Source of the DNA: Dehalococcoidia bacterium
Lineage (GTDB): Bacteria; Chloroflexota; Dehalococcoidia; GIF9; AB-539-J10
Assembly: GCA_003562475.1 (NCBI GenBank)
Contig: PWUU01000096.1
Coordinates: 25,853-89,852 of the forward strand
Reading direction: 5' to 3'
Length of the DNA stretch: 64,000 nt
Position numbers and translations under genes: made by a program. The notes beneath the pieces were generated by a model that had not been told where the DNA came from, searched no databases, and saw nothing but the letters and a program-made list of their open reading frames with translations. Below are positions 37,719 to 46,798 of the stretch, in pieces. The stretch's first letter is position 1, and each line of letters starts with the position of its first letter.

Positions 37719-38909
37719 TCACCCCGTCAATCCGTAGGCTACCGCAGCCTTTCTGAAACCCTCCAGAGAGGCTTCAAGCGTGCGGTCGTTCACGCAGTAC
37801 GAAATCCGGAAGTAGCCTGGCGCACCAAAACCACGTCCCGGCACAACGAGAATCAGCAGAGTCAGCAACTCTCTCACGAATTCGACATCGTCTTCCATTG
37901 GTGACTTGGGGAACATGTAGAAGGCGCCCTGGGGCCTCACCACCTCATAACCCATGTCGGTGAGTTCACGATACAGCAAGTCACGCTTACGCTCGTACTC
38001 GGATACCGAGACGGTCACGTGCTGAAGGTTCCGTACGAGGTGTTGCATCAGCGCCGGCGCATTAACGAAGCCAAGCACACGATTGCAGTGAATGAACCCT
38101 GCCATCAAATCATCGTGCTCATCACTTTCAGGATTCAGCACTGCAAAGCCTATTCTTTCCCCCGGCAGCGCCAGATCTTTCGAATGAGATGCCGCCAGCA
38201 CGCTGTTGTGGTAGTAACGAAACACCGGCACCGGCATCAAGCCGTCGAACAGTATCCGCCGGTACGGCTCATCGCTGATGAGGTAGATCTGCTTTCGGAA
38301 CTCCTCTTCCTTTGAGCGTAGCACTTCACCGATGCCGCGTATTACGTTCTCGGAATAGACCACTCCCGTGGGATTATTGGGCGAATTAAGAATGACAGCT
38401 TTGGTCTGTGGGCCAATCGCTTCAGCCAGTTTCTCAAGGCTGGGCACAAAGTCACGGTCACACCGAACTACTCTTGCTTTCCCACCGTGATTGTCGACAT
38501 ATCCCAGGAATTCCACGAAGTAGGGAGCGAGCACAATCACCTCATCGCCCGGGTTCAGGAGCGCCTTCAGCACCACGTTCATGGCGCCGGAAGCGCCACA
38601 CGTCATCAGCACGTCACGCGCAGAGACGTTGACACCGGTCTCTCGCTGGAGTTCGAGCGCAACCGCCGCACGTGTTTCTTCGTAACCGGCGTTCGCCATG
38701 TACCGGTGCATGCCGGGGATTGGATTCTCAGCCAGGCGGCGCAGTTCAGCCTCGAACTCGGCCGGCGGCTCGACTATGGGGTTGCCCAGCGACAGGTCGC
38801 AGATCTTCTCCGGCCCGTGCAACACCTTAAGCGCCGCTCCTTCTTCGAACATCCGCCGAATCCATGAGCCCTCTACCATCTGCTGGCGGACATTCTCTGA
38901 CATTGACAT
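37719..38909 (-). CDS. Pyridoxal-phosphate-dependent aminotransferase (class I/II)
   Basis: LSLGNP, Y..NAGYEETR, VILNSPNNPTGVVY, AASHSKDLALPGERIGF, RISY. Confidence 0.88.
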   Translation of the reverse strand: MSMSENVRQQMVEGSWIRRMFEEGAALKVLHGPEKICDLSLGNPIVEPPAEFEAELRRLAENPIPGMHRYMANAGYEETRAAVALELQRETGVNVSARDVLMTCGASGAMNVVLKALLNPGDEVIVLAPYFVEFLGYVDNHGGKARVVRCDRDFVPSLEKLAEAIGPQTKAVILNSPNNPTGVVYSENVIRGIGEVLRSKEEEFRKQIYLISDEPYRRILFDGLMPVPVFRYYHNSVLAASHSKDLALPGERIGFAVLNPESDEHDDLMAGFIHCNRVLGFVNAPALMQHLVRNLQHVTVSVSEYERKRDLLYRELTDMGYEVVRPQGAFYMFPKSPMEDDVEFVRELLTLLILVVPGRGFGAPGYFRISYCVNDRTLEASLEGFRKAAVAYGLTG

Positions 38910-38985
38910 GGTCTTGCGTCTCTCCTCTCAGTGGCCGAAATCTCCGATTCGCAGCCGCTGGCACGAAGGTGAATTGGCCGGAATT

Positions 38986-39174
38986 CTACCACAGCAGCAC
39001 TGTGATCTCACCGATCCGCTCATTCCAATCGATGGCAGCAGCACCGTCACCCCAGCACACACGAACATGGCTGATGCCGATGATGTACACCATGCAGTGA
39101 CAGGCCAACGATACCAGGATTGCCCACAGCGCCACCAGAAATAAAAGGGGCAATGCGACGAGAGCAGGAAGCAA
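38986..39174 (-). CDS. Possible small membrane protein (62 aa, TTG start)
   Basis: Hydrophobic N-terminal about 35 aa (LPALVALPLLFLVALWAILVSLACHCMVYIIGI), co-directional and 76 nt upstream of the aminotransferase. There is no recognisable family and no clear SD. Confidence 0.25.
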   Translation of the reverse strand: MLPALVALPLLFLVALWAILVSLACHCMVYIIGISHVRVCWGDGAAAIDWNERIGEITVLLW

Positions 39175-39421
39175 CTGCGGGTGAGGTCACGGTCCCAATA
39201 GCCCCGTCCCCGGCCTGCTACATCAAGGCAGCACTGATAGAGCGTCGATTCTTTGAGCAAACGCCGGACCAAGCTCCAACCATGCGGCAGGTGATGACAT
39301 CGCTACAGCGTCAGACCGAGCGGCACCTCAACCAGGTGAAGGACGCGCTCTCGCGAACAAGAGCCCGGTAGAGCACTGCGCTGCGGGGAGCGCGTCCTGG
39401 CGGCCCCACGATGCCAGCGCA

Positions 39422-40447
39422 CTAGTCAGCAGAGGCTGCGATAAGAACTTTCATGAAGTCAGCCTTTCCCCCCACGATATCCTCGAAAGTCTCCTGTATC
39501 TTATCAACCGGCCGGATATCGGAGACAATCCTGTCGAGCGGCAGATTGCCCTCGGCCACCAGTCGAATCGCCTCATCAAAGTCCTCTTTGAGGTAGTTCC
39601 TGGCGCCTATCATGGTGTACTCGCGCCACAGGATAGTCCTCAGGTCGACCATCATGGGCTCAGCAAATATCGCCACAATAATGATCCGGCCACATGTTCG
39701 TGGCAACCTGGTCATCACCTCAGCGCCGGCTTGCGTTCCCGTCACCTCGAAGACCACATCCGCGCCCGCACCACCAGTGCGGTCGAACACATACTTCACG
39801 AGATCGGTCTCAACAGGGTTCACGACATCGAAACCCAACTCCCTGGCAAGCTCCACACGCGACGGATTCACCTCGGAAACAACGACCGTAGCCCCCTTCT
39901 CTCTGCACACAAGCGCCTCAAGAATGCCAATGGGGCCCGCGCCAAGGACAACACAGAAATCCTTATCGGTCACCTCTCCATAGCGGACATCGTGCGCGGC
40001 AACGGCTAACGGCTCGATGAGCGCAGCATGCACCATGTTGACATCATCGGGCAGCTTGTGGAGCAAGTGCGCCGGGACGGTCCACGAGCCCTGAAATGCA
40101 CCGGGAGATGTGATCCCGATGAAGTTGAGACTCGGACAGATATTGATGTGACCCTTTTCGCACGAAGGGCACGTGCCGCACGCGTCGGTCGGACGCAACA
40201 CGACACGGTCGCCGGCCTTGAAGTCGACGACACCTTCTCCTACCTCTGCAACGGTGCCAACGGCCTCATGTCCCACCACCTGCGGAGGGGTGAGCCTGTG
40301 ATCCATGTGGCCAAGGAAGACATGCACATCCGTGCCACAAACTCCGGCGTACGTCACCTCAATGCGTGCCTGTCCCGGACCCGGTGGAATCACCACCGAT
40401 TCACCGATGGAGAATCGCTTATTACCTTCATAGTACGCTGCTTTCAT
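39422..40447 (-). CDS. Zinc-dependent medium-chain alcohol/polyol dehydrogenase
   Basis: GVCGTDVHVF, GHEAVGTV, structural-zinc motif CGTCPSCEKGHINIC, GAGPIGIL. Confidence 0.88.
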   Translation of the reverse strand: MKAAYYEGNKRFSIGESVVIPPGPGQARIEVTYAGVCGTDVHVFLGHMDHRLTPPQVVGHEAVGTVAEVGEGVVDFKAGDRVVLRPTDACGTCPSCEKGHINICPSLNFIGITSPGAFQGSWTVPAHLLHKLPDDVNMVHAALIEPLAVAAHDVRYGEVTDKDFCVVLGAGPIGILEALVCREKGATVVVSEVNPSRVELARELGFDVVNPVETDLVKYVFDRTGGAGADVVFEVTGTQAGAEVMTRLPRTCGRIIIVAIFAEPMMVDLRTILWREYTMIGARNYLKEDFDEAIRLVAEGNLPLDRIVSDIRPVDKIQETFEDIVGGKADFMKVLIAASAD

Positions 40448-40472
40448 TACTGCTCACTCCTCCACGTGCGTC

Positions 40473-41708
40473 TTATCGTTCAATGGCATCGCTGGAAGCA
40501 TTCCACAGCTTCATCCGCGCTTGCGCCATCGTCGCCATTACCGTCTCGGGGTCCGCACCACATACCTCGGCAAGAGTACGGACCATCTCGGCCTCCTTGG
40601 GCGGGCAACCGGGAACATAAGCACTGGCCCCGGGCAGCTCCGCTGCGCACTTGCCAAGCGCAACCACCTTTTCCCTCGCGCCGGAATCCGCGGCATCGCC
40701 GACCACCACGGTGAGACCGGTCATCTGTTCGCCATAACCGGCCTGTTTCAAATACGTGATGGCGCTGACCAGCTCGTTGGTGCACCCACTGCACGCAGAT
40801 TCGCCCTGAACAATAGTGACCTCAGGATAACGTGAGCGAAACACATCGAATCCCGTCGTGAAGACCTGCCTGTGGTCCTCAAGGCGCTCTCCCACAATGT
40901 CCACTCCATCCAGTGCGACGCTCTTCCCCTCACGATCAGCCATATAGTGAAAGTGCATCACCTGGGAGGGATCGATGCCCATGAGCGCAGCACCAACGAC
41001 ATCGACGTAGAGCGCATCGCTTCCAGCCACAATGAGTCCCATCTCTTTCGTATCCTGGGGATGCTGCCATAGTCCCTCCATTCCAACCGTCGCATCGATT
41101 ATTGCGTAGTGAGGGCGAACGACGGCGCACAGGTCGACAATCGCCATATCGAGACCCAGACGATGGCTCTTCCGCTTCTCGGCCCCCGGCATCACGCCCT
41201 TCATATTCTTGAGAGCCAGGGTCGCGTGCGTCCTGATATGGGTCTTCAGCACCGGTATGCTGATGATAACGTCGCTATCAAGCGCCGTACGGGCAATGCG
41301 GACTGTGTCCATCACCAGTGCGTCTGGAACTCTCACTTCTTCGAAGAAATCCTTGTTCAGATTGCGCAGCTCGACACCCAGGCGCTTCGCCACCTCTGTC
41401 ACGCCTGAAGAGTCAAACGCCTCCTGGGTACTGAAGCCGGCGAAATCGTATCCCGCGATAGCGCCATCGCCGATTACCACGGATGCCGGCGTGCGCTCCA
41501 GCACCAGCTTCGTCACTGCCTCTACCACGTCGCCGTCGGTCATACAGCCGCAGTGTCGCGGCGATGGCTTACACTGGTTTGGTTTGATGAGCACCCTGGA
41601 GCCACTGTCAATGAGCTGATCAAATCCTCCAGCCAGATGCACAGCCTCCCGAACAGCGGATTCAACGTCTCCTGAAGCTACCCGGGCAATGGCAACGCGA
41701 TTCGTCAT
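40473..41708 (-). CDS. DUF362 domain-containing protein
   Basis: VLIKPNQCKP....TDGDVVEAVTKLVLE, ISIPVLKTHIRTHATLALKNMKGVMP. C-terminal Cys motifs CSGC and GCPP. Confidence 0.75.
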   Translation of the reverse strand: MTNRVAIARVASGDVESAVREAVHLAGGFDQLIDSGSRVLIKPNQCKPSPRHCGCMTDGDVVEAVTKLVLERTPASVVIGDGAIAGYDFAGFSTQEAFDSSGVTEVAKRLGVELRNLNKDFFEEVRVPDALVMDTVRIARTALDSDVIISIPVLKTHIRTHATLALKNMKGVMPGAEKRKSHRLGLDMAIVDLCAVVRPHYAIIDATVGMEGLWQHPQDTKEMGLIVAGSDALYVDVVGAALMGIDPSQVMHFHYMADREGKSVALDGVDIVGERLEDHRQVFTTGFDVFRSRYPEVTIVQGESACSGCTNELVSAITYLKQAGYGEQMTGLTVVVGDAADSGAREKVVALGKCAAELPGASAYVPGCPPKEAEMVRTLAEVCGADPETVMATMAQARMKLWNASSDAIER

Positions 41709-41812
41709 ATCTGCACCTCCTTCCCAATGAAGACCTCATCGGGTCAGCAACCACGGCAGTGTAAACCGGTGCCATTGGGGTGTCAAAGCGTCGCGTCTCT
41801 CCACACAACTTT

Positions 41813-42808
41813 TCAGTAGCCACGAGCTTTGTCTACCACGTTCAGAAGCGGCCGGCCCTCGATATACCGCCGCAGGTTTTCGGCGAAGAGGCGCGCCGCC
41901 CCCACGTCGTACGCCTCGATGTCGCCGGATACATGTGGACTGAAAATGACGTTCCGCATTCGCCTCAGTGGGCTATCAGGGGACAACGGCTCTTCGGCGA
42001 AGACATCCAGGCCCGCACCCGCTATCCACCCCTCCTGCAGCGCCTGAATCAGGATCGGCTCGTCCACAATGGCGCCGCGCGACACGTTGATGAGCCGGGC
42101 GGAAGGTCTCATCGCCTTGAGTTCCTCCTCACCAATGAGACCGCGAGATTCGTCCGTAAGCGGTAGCGCCAGCACGACGAAATCGCTCAGCGACAGTAGC
42201 TCGTGCAGCCGTGTGGGAGGCAGCAGCAGATCAACGTTCTCCTCGACATCACCCGTCGCTGCCGACCGCCTGGTGGCCAGCACTTTCATATTGAAGAGAC
42301 GCGACACACGTGCCACTTCCCGGCCTATTCGTCCAAGTCCCACGATACCCACAGTCTTGTCCGTAAGCACATCCACCGGGAACCACTTCCATCTGCCTTC
42401 GATCTGCTGGTAGAAGCTCCCGGGAGCGTGCTTCACGAACATGAGCATCAGCATCAGGACGAACTCCGCGATGGTCACCTCATGAATGCCGCTCATGTTG
42501 GTGACGACCATCTGGCTGCGAGCCAACTCGGGAGTAAGTATCTTTTCGACGCCGGTAGAAATGGTCTGAATCCATTTCAGACGCGGTGCACGGTCCAGCA
42601 AGCGTTCGGGTAGCTTCAGCGCGTAGACCACCTCCGCCCGTTCCAGCTCGCGATCCAGCTCATCACTGCGGGAATAGTCGCCATTCCGCTCCGCCCGCGC
42701 CAGATCCGTCACGTCCTTCACCGAAATCTCGTGTGAGACAGCGCGAATAATATCGAGTGCTTCAGGTTCGATCTTGTTGATTGCAACCACACGAGTCTCT
42801 TCAGCCAC
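41813..42808 (-). CDS. D-isomer-specific 2-hydroxyacid dehydrogenase (NAD-binding)
   Basis: VGIVGLGRIGREVAR, LINVSRGAIVDE, AGLDVFAEEPL, SPHVSG. Confidence 0.88.
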   Translation of the reverse strand: MAEETRVVAINKIEPEALDIIRAVSHEISVKDVTDLARAERNGDYSRSDELDRELERAEVVYALKLPERLLDRAPRLKWIQTISTGVEKILTPELARSQMVVTNMSGIHEVTIAEFVLMLMLMFVKHAPGSFYQQIEGRWKWFPVDVLTDKTVGIVGLGRIGREVARVSRLFNMKVLATRRSAATGDVEENVDLLLPPTRLHELLSLSDFVVLALPLTDESRGLIGEEELKAMRPSARLINVSRGAIVDEPILIQALQEGWIAGAGLDVFAEEPLSPDSPLRRMRNVIFSPHVSGDIEAYDVGAARLFAENLRRYIEGRPLLNVVDKARGY

Positions 42809-42949
42809 GGAATCTCCTTACATCACCGGCCTCCTGAGACCGCAGTACGTCGCGGCCCCGCGGTCACGCGAAGCGCCCGGAAGTGCATCTTACACGTTGA
42901 CAGCACATGTCTTCCACGCCTAGTATTGCAGCGCAGAAAGGAGAACGTC

Positions 42950-43345
42950 ATGGCAACCTACCGCTACGACCACGCCCACATCATCAGTCCCGACCCCGAA
43001 TCGGCAGCCAGTTTCTTCGTCGATAAGTTCGGAGCAACCGTGAAGGGCACCGGCACCGCAGCCGACGGCACCACCATGGTGATGCTTGACCTCAGCGGCG
43101 CCAATGTCTTCTTCAAGGGCCGCGCTGAGAAACCATCAGTAGAGACTCCCAAACCGGGCAGCACCTACGGACTGGAGCATCTCGGTATCGTCACTGACGA
43201 TCTGGATGCCGCCGTCGCCGAACTCAAGGCGAAAGGCGTCAAGTTCGTACAGGACATCACCGATTTCCGGCCCGGCATCCGCATCTCGTTCCTGCTCGGC
43301 CCGGACGACACGCTCATCGAGTTGCTGGAGCGGAAGCCTGTGTAG
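42950..43345 (+). CDS. VOC (glyoxalase/bleomycin-resistance) family protein
   Basis: HAHIISPDPESAASFFVDKFGA, GLEHLGIVTDDLDAAVAELKAKGVKF. The ATG at 42950 follows AAGGAG. Confidence 0.8.
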   Translation: MATYRYDHAHIISPDPESAASFFVDKFGATVKGTGTAADGTTMVMLDLSGANVFFKGRAEKPSVETPKPGSTYGLEHLGIVTDDLDAAVAELKAKGVKFVQDITDFRPGIRISFLLGPDDTLIELLERKPV

Positions 43346-43485
43346 CCGCACTACATGCCGGCAATGCAGTGCGCCGCCAACGACCGGGGCGGAGAATCGA
43401 CTCCCGTGATCGTTCCCGTACGCTCCAGTGGGCTCGTTTGTTCTTGACGTCCCAGGAGCATGGCTATACACTCACCTGACAGCAC

Positions 43486-43926
43486 ATGATCTGCCCGAGA
43501 TGCCACTCAGACCTCATCGTCGTCGAATACCACGACATCGAACTGGACTACTGCCCTGCCTGTGAGGGGCTATGGTTCGACAGCGGAGAGATGGAGGTGG
43601 TCGCTACCCGCATGGGCGCTTCCACCAGTGACCTCGTGCCGAAACGGAAAGCGGACACGCGTGAGGCCCGGCTCAAGTGCCCTGAGTGTCACAAGGCGAT
43701 GGACAAACGCCTGCTTGGCGTCAGCGACCCTGTCATCGCAGATGTGTGCCCGCTGTGCGAAGGACTGTGGCTCGACCACGGTGAGCTGGAACGAGTTGTG
43801 TCCGGGAGTGCCGCTGCCACCGAAGTGGATACTCCGGTCGTCGAGCATCTGCGCGACACATTTCTGATGCAGTCGAAAAGGAACGCAGGAACGCCGGACG
43901 ACTCAGCCGGCGACGCGCGAAAGTGA
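43486..43926 (+). CDS. Tandem zf-TFIIB-type zinc-ribbon protein
   Basis: Two copies of C-P-x-C ... C-P-x-C-x-G-L-W-(F/L)-D-x-G-E: CPRC..CPACEGLWFDSGEM and CPEC..CPLCEGLWLDHGEL. Confidence 0.75.
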   Translation: MICPRCHSDLIVVEYHDIELDYCPACEGLWFDSGEMEVVATRMGASTSDLVPKRKADTREARLKCPECHKAMDKRLLGVSDPVIADVCPLCEGLWLDHGELERVVSGSAAATEVDTPVVEHLRDTFLMQSKRNAGTPDDSAGDARK

Positions 43927-43935
43927 GGAGTCTAC

Positions 43936-44499
43936 ATGATATGGCTATGGATAGTCGTCGGCATCCTCGTCGTTATTGCAGTGGTATTCATCTCGATCTA
44001 TAACGGCCTCGTGAGAAGCAGGAATCAGGTCAGGAACGCCTGGGCACAGATAGACGTCCAGCTTAAGCGGCGTTACGACCTCGTCCCCAACCTGGTCGAG
44101 ACCGTGAAGGGCTACGCCAAACACGAGCGCGAGACGTTCGAGATGGTCACGAAGGCTCGCAATCTCGCGCAGCAGTTGACCTCCGCTGGAGCGGGCGAGC
44201 GGGCAAAGGTCGAGGGTGAGCTAAGCTCGGCACTTGGCCGGCTCCTTGCCGTCGCCGAGGCTTACCCGGACCTCAAGGCCAACCAGAACTTTCTCGCGCT
44301 GCAGGAAGAGCTCACGTCGACCGAAAACAAGATTGGGTTCGCACGGCAGTTCTACAACGACTCGGTGCTCCGCCTGAACAACAAGACCCAGGAGTTCCCC
44401 TCCAACATCGTAGCCAGCATGACCGGATTCAAGGCAGCCGAGTTCTTCGAGACCACCTTAGCGGCCGAGCGCGAAGCGCCAAAGGTCAGCTTCTCCTAG
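43936..44499 (+). CDS. lemA: LemA family membrane protein
   Basis: N-terminal TM helix, then YNGLVRSRNQVRNAWAQIDVQLKRRYDLVPNLVETVKGYAKHE. Confidence 0.9.
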   Translation: MIWLWIVVGILVVIAVVFISIYNGLVRSRNQVRNAWAQIDVQLKRRYDLVPNLVETVKGYAKHERETFEMVTKARNLAQQLTSAGAGERAKVEGELSSALGRLLAVAEAYPDLKANQNFLALQEELTSTENKIGFARQFYNDSVLRLNNKTQEFPSNIVASMTGFKAAEFFETTLAAEREAPKVSFS

Positions 44500-44518
44500 G
44501 ACGGAGTACTCCAGACAT

Positions 44519-45727
44519 ATGTGGGAACAGATACGGGCAAACCGGATCCGCTCAGCCTTCATTGTGGTGTTCATGGGGCTGCTCCTCATCGCAATAGGCT
44601 TCGCGCTGGGCTTCTACTTCTTCGGCAGCGCGACGGGCGGCGTTGTACTTGCGCTCATCGTGTGGGGCATCTTGAACCTGGTCGCACTATCCCAGGGCGA
44701 CAGTATCCTCCTCTCACTGGGAAACGCCCGCAAGGTCAGCAAGGATGATTTCCCACGGCTCTTCAACATCGTTGAGGAGATGACCATAGCGTCCGGTCTG
44801 CCGAAGATTCCAGATGTGTATGTGATAGACGACCCTGCGCCAAACGCATTCGCAACAGGACGCAAGCCCGAGAAGGCGGCAATAGCAGTCACGTCGGGCC
44901 TCATGCAGAAGCTGAACCGCGATGAGCTGCAGGGTGTTGTGGCCCATGAGCTCGGCCACATCAAGAACCGCGACACGCTGCTGATGGCCATCGGCGGTAT
45001 CCTGCTGGGAACTATCGTCATTCTGGCCTACTTCGCGAGCCGCATGTTGTTCTTTGGCGGCATGTCGAGGGGCAGGCGCGGCGGCGGTGGATCAGGCGGC
45101 GGGGGCGCCCACATCATCATACTTGTGGTTGGCCTTGTCCTCCTCATCCTTGCCCCCATCGCAGCAAGACTCCTGTACTTCGCCCTCTCCCGCAAACGTG
45201 AATACCTCGCCGATGCTTCCGGGGCGCTATATACCCGCTATCCGGAGGGGCTCGCATCAGCCCTCGAGAAGATAGCCGGTACAACGACCCAGCTCAAGTC
45301 GGCGAACAACGCCACCGCACCGATGTACATTGTCAACCCGTTTCGAAAAGCCGGCAGGGCAGCTGCTAATCTCACCAGCACGCACCCGCCGACCTCAGAC
45401 CGGATTCGCGTGCTCAGGGCGATGGGAGGCGCCTCCTTTGCCGATTACGATGCTGCATTCAAGAGCGTCCGTGGCAGCCGGAGTGGCGTGGTGCCTCGCG
45501 GGTCGATGGCGCTGGCAGCCGCAGCGCCGCTCAGACACGCGACACCGGAGAGTGCTTCAATCGAAGAGGGCGAGGTGGAGCGCAAACGGGAGGTCTCCGA
45601 TGCCCTGTGGAAGGCCGACAACTACCGGACTGTGGACTGTGATTGTGGCGCCCGGCTCCGTATTCCACCTGGAGCGAAGCTCCAGCAGGTGAAGTGCCCG
45701 CGCTGTGGTACGCGACATAGCGTCTGA
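44519..45727 (+). CDS. M48-family (HtpX-like) zinc metallopeptidase with C-terminal zinc ribbon
   Basis: HELGHIKNRD, a glycine-rich loop and ADASGA. The roughly 100-aa C-terminal extension ends in CDCG..(13)..CPRCG. Confidence 0.85.
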   Translation: MWEQIRANRIRSAFIVVFMGLLLIAIGFALGFYFFGSATGGVVLALIVWGILNLVALSQGDSILLSLGNARKVSKDDFPRLFNIVEEMTIASGLPKIPDVYVIDDPAPNAFATGRKPEKAAIAVTSGLMQKLNRDELQGVVAHELGHIKNRDTLLMAIGGILLGTIVILAYFASRMLFFGGMSRGRRGGGGSGGGGAHIIILVVGLVLLILAPIAARLLYFALSRKREYLADASGALYTRYPEGLASALEKIAGTTTQLKSANNATAPMYIVNPFRKAGRAAANLTSTHPPTSDRIRVLRAMGGASFADYDAAFKSVRGSRSGVVPRGSMALAAAAPLRHATPESASIEEGEVERKREVSDALWKADNYRTVDCDCGARLRIPPGAKLQQVKCPRCGTRHSV

Positions 45728-45740
45728 ACGAGCGCAGGCA

Positions 45741-46649
45741 CTATCCCGACGCGTGGTCCGCTATGCGAATCCCCGTCAATCGCTCGTACGCCGCAGCCAG
45801 TGCCTGGTGCCCCTTTTTGCCCATACCCTCAGCCTCAACGGCATTGTAGAGCTGCTGCACCATTGAAGTGGCCGGGAGCATCATGTGGAGCTTCCCGGAT
45901 TCATCCATGAGGATATCCAGGTCTTTCTGCACAGTCTCGACCGTGCCCCCGGGTTCGATATCACCTTCCAGCAGTCGAGCACCCAGGTTCTCGAACTGCC
46001 AGGACCCGCCTGCGCCGTCTTTCACCGCATCGTAGACCCGGCGGACATCCAGTCCCAGCCCCGCGCCCAGCGTCAGGGCCTCGACGGTCGCCAGCAGGTT
46101 CACCAGCACCAGTACCTGGTTGCACAGCTTCGCACCCTGCCCCGCCCCATTCTCCTCACCCACGTGCACAATGCTGCTGCCCATCGCTTGCAGCACCGGC
46201 AGGGCTCGCTCGAATGCCACTTCAGGGCCACCAACCATTATCGACAGCGTCCCGGCCTCGGCGCGGGGAGTGCTGCCACTCACAGGAGCATCGAGCATGA
46301 ACACCTCCCTCTCTCCCAAGCGAGCCGCAATGGCGCGCGCCTCTGCAGGAGCAATGGTGCTCATGTCGATGAGAATCATCCCCGGGCGGGCCCCCGCCAA
46401 CAGGCCATTGTGGCCAAGGGCCACCTCGGCGGTATCGCCTCCGTGTTTCACCATCGTGATCACGATGTCGGATGCGGCAGCAACTTCACCCGCAGAGTTT
46501 GCCTCCACCGCACCATGCAACAGCGCGAACTCGATCCCCGGACGGCTGCGGTTCCACACTGTCACCTGATAGCCTGCCTTGAGAAGGTTCCGGCACATAG
46601 GGCGGCCCATGTACCCGAGCCCAATGAATCCGACCTTCAACTCTGACAT
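45741..46649 (-). CDS. NAD(P)-dependent 3-hydroxyisobutyrate/2-hydroxy-3-oxopropionate reductase-family dehydrogenase
   Basis: KVGFIGLGYMGRPMCRNLLKAGYQVTVWNRS, DAPVSGS, KLCNQ. The ATG at 46649 follows AGGAGG. Confidence 0.85.
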   Translation of the reverse strand: MSELKVGFIGLGYMGRPMCRNLLKAGYQVTVWNRSRPGIEFALLHGAVEANSAGEVAAASDIVITMVKHGGDTAEVALGHNGLLAGARPGMILIDMSTIAPAEARAIAARLGEREVFMLDAPVSGSTPRAEAGTLSIMVGGPEVAFERALPVLQAMGSSIVHVGEENGAGQGAKLCNQVLVLVNLLATVEALTLGAGLGLDVRRVYDAVKDGAGGSWQFENLGARLLEGDIEPGGTVETVQKDLDILMDESGKLHMMLPATSMVQQLYNAVEAEGMGKKGHQALAAAYERLTGIRIADHASG

Positions 46650-46798
46650 CCCCTGGCTACCTCCTGGTTCCGCGAATCGACCACACGCCGTGAGCACGTG
46701 ACAATGAATCTGCGTGCGAGACTCACCATGGTGGGAGACGTGCTATTCTAGGTATCTCCGGTGGGGCCGTCAAACAGGCACGTAGAGGAGTTACCCAC

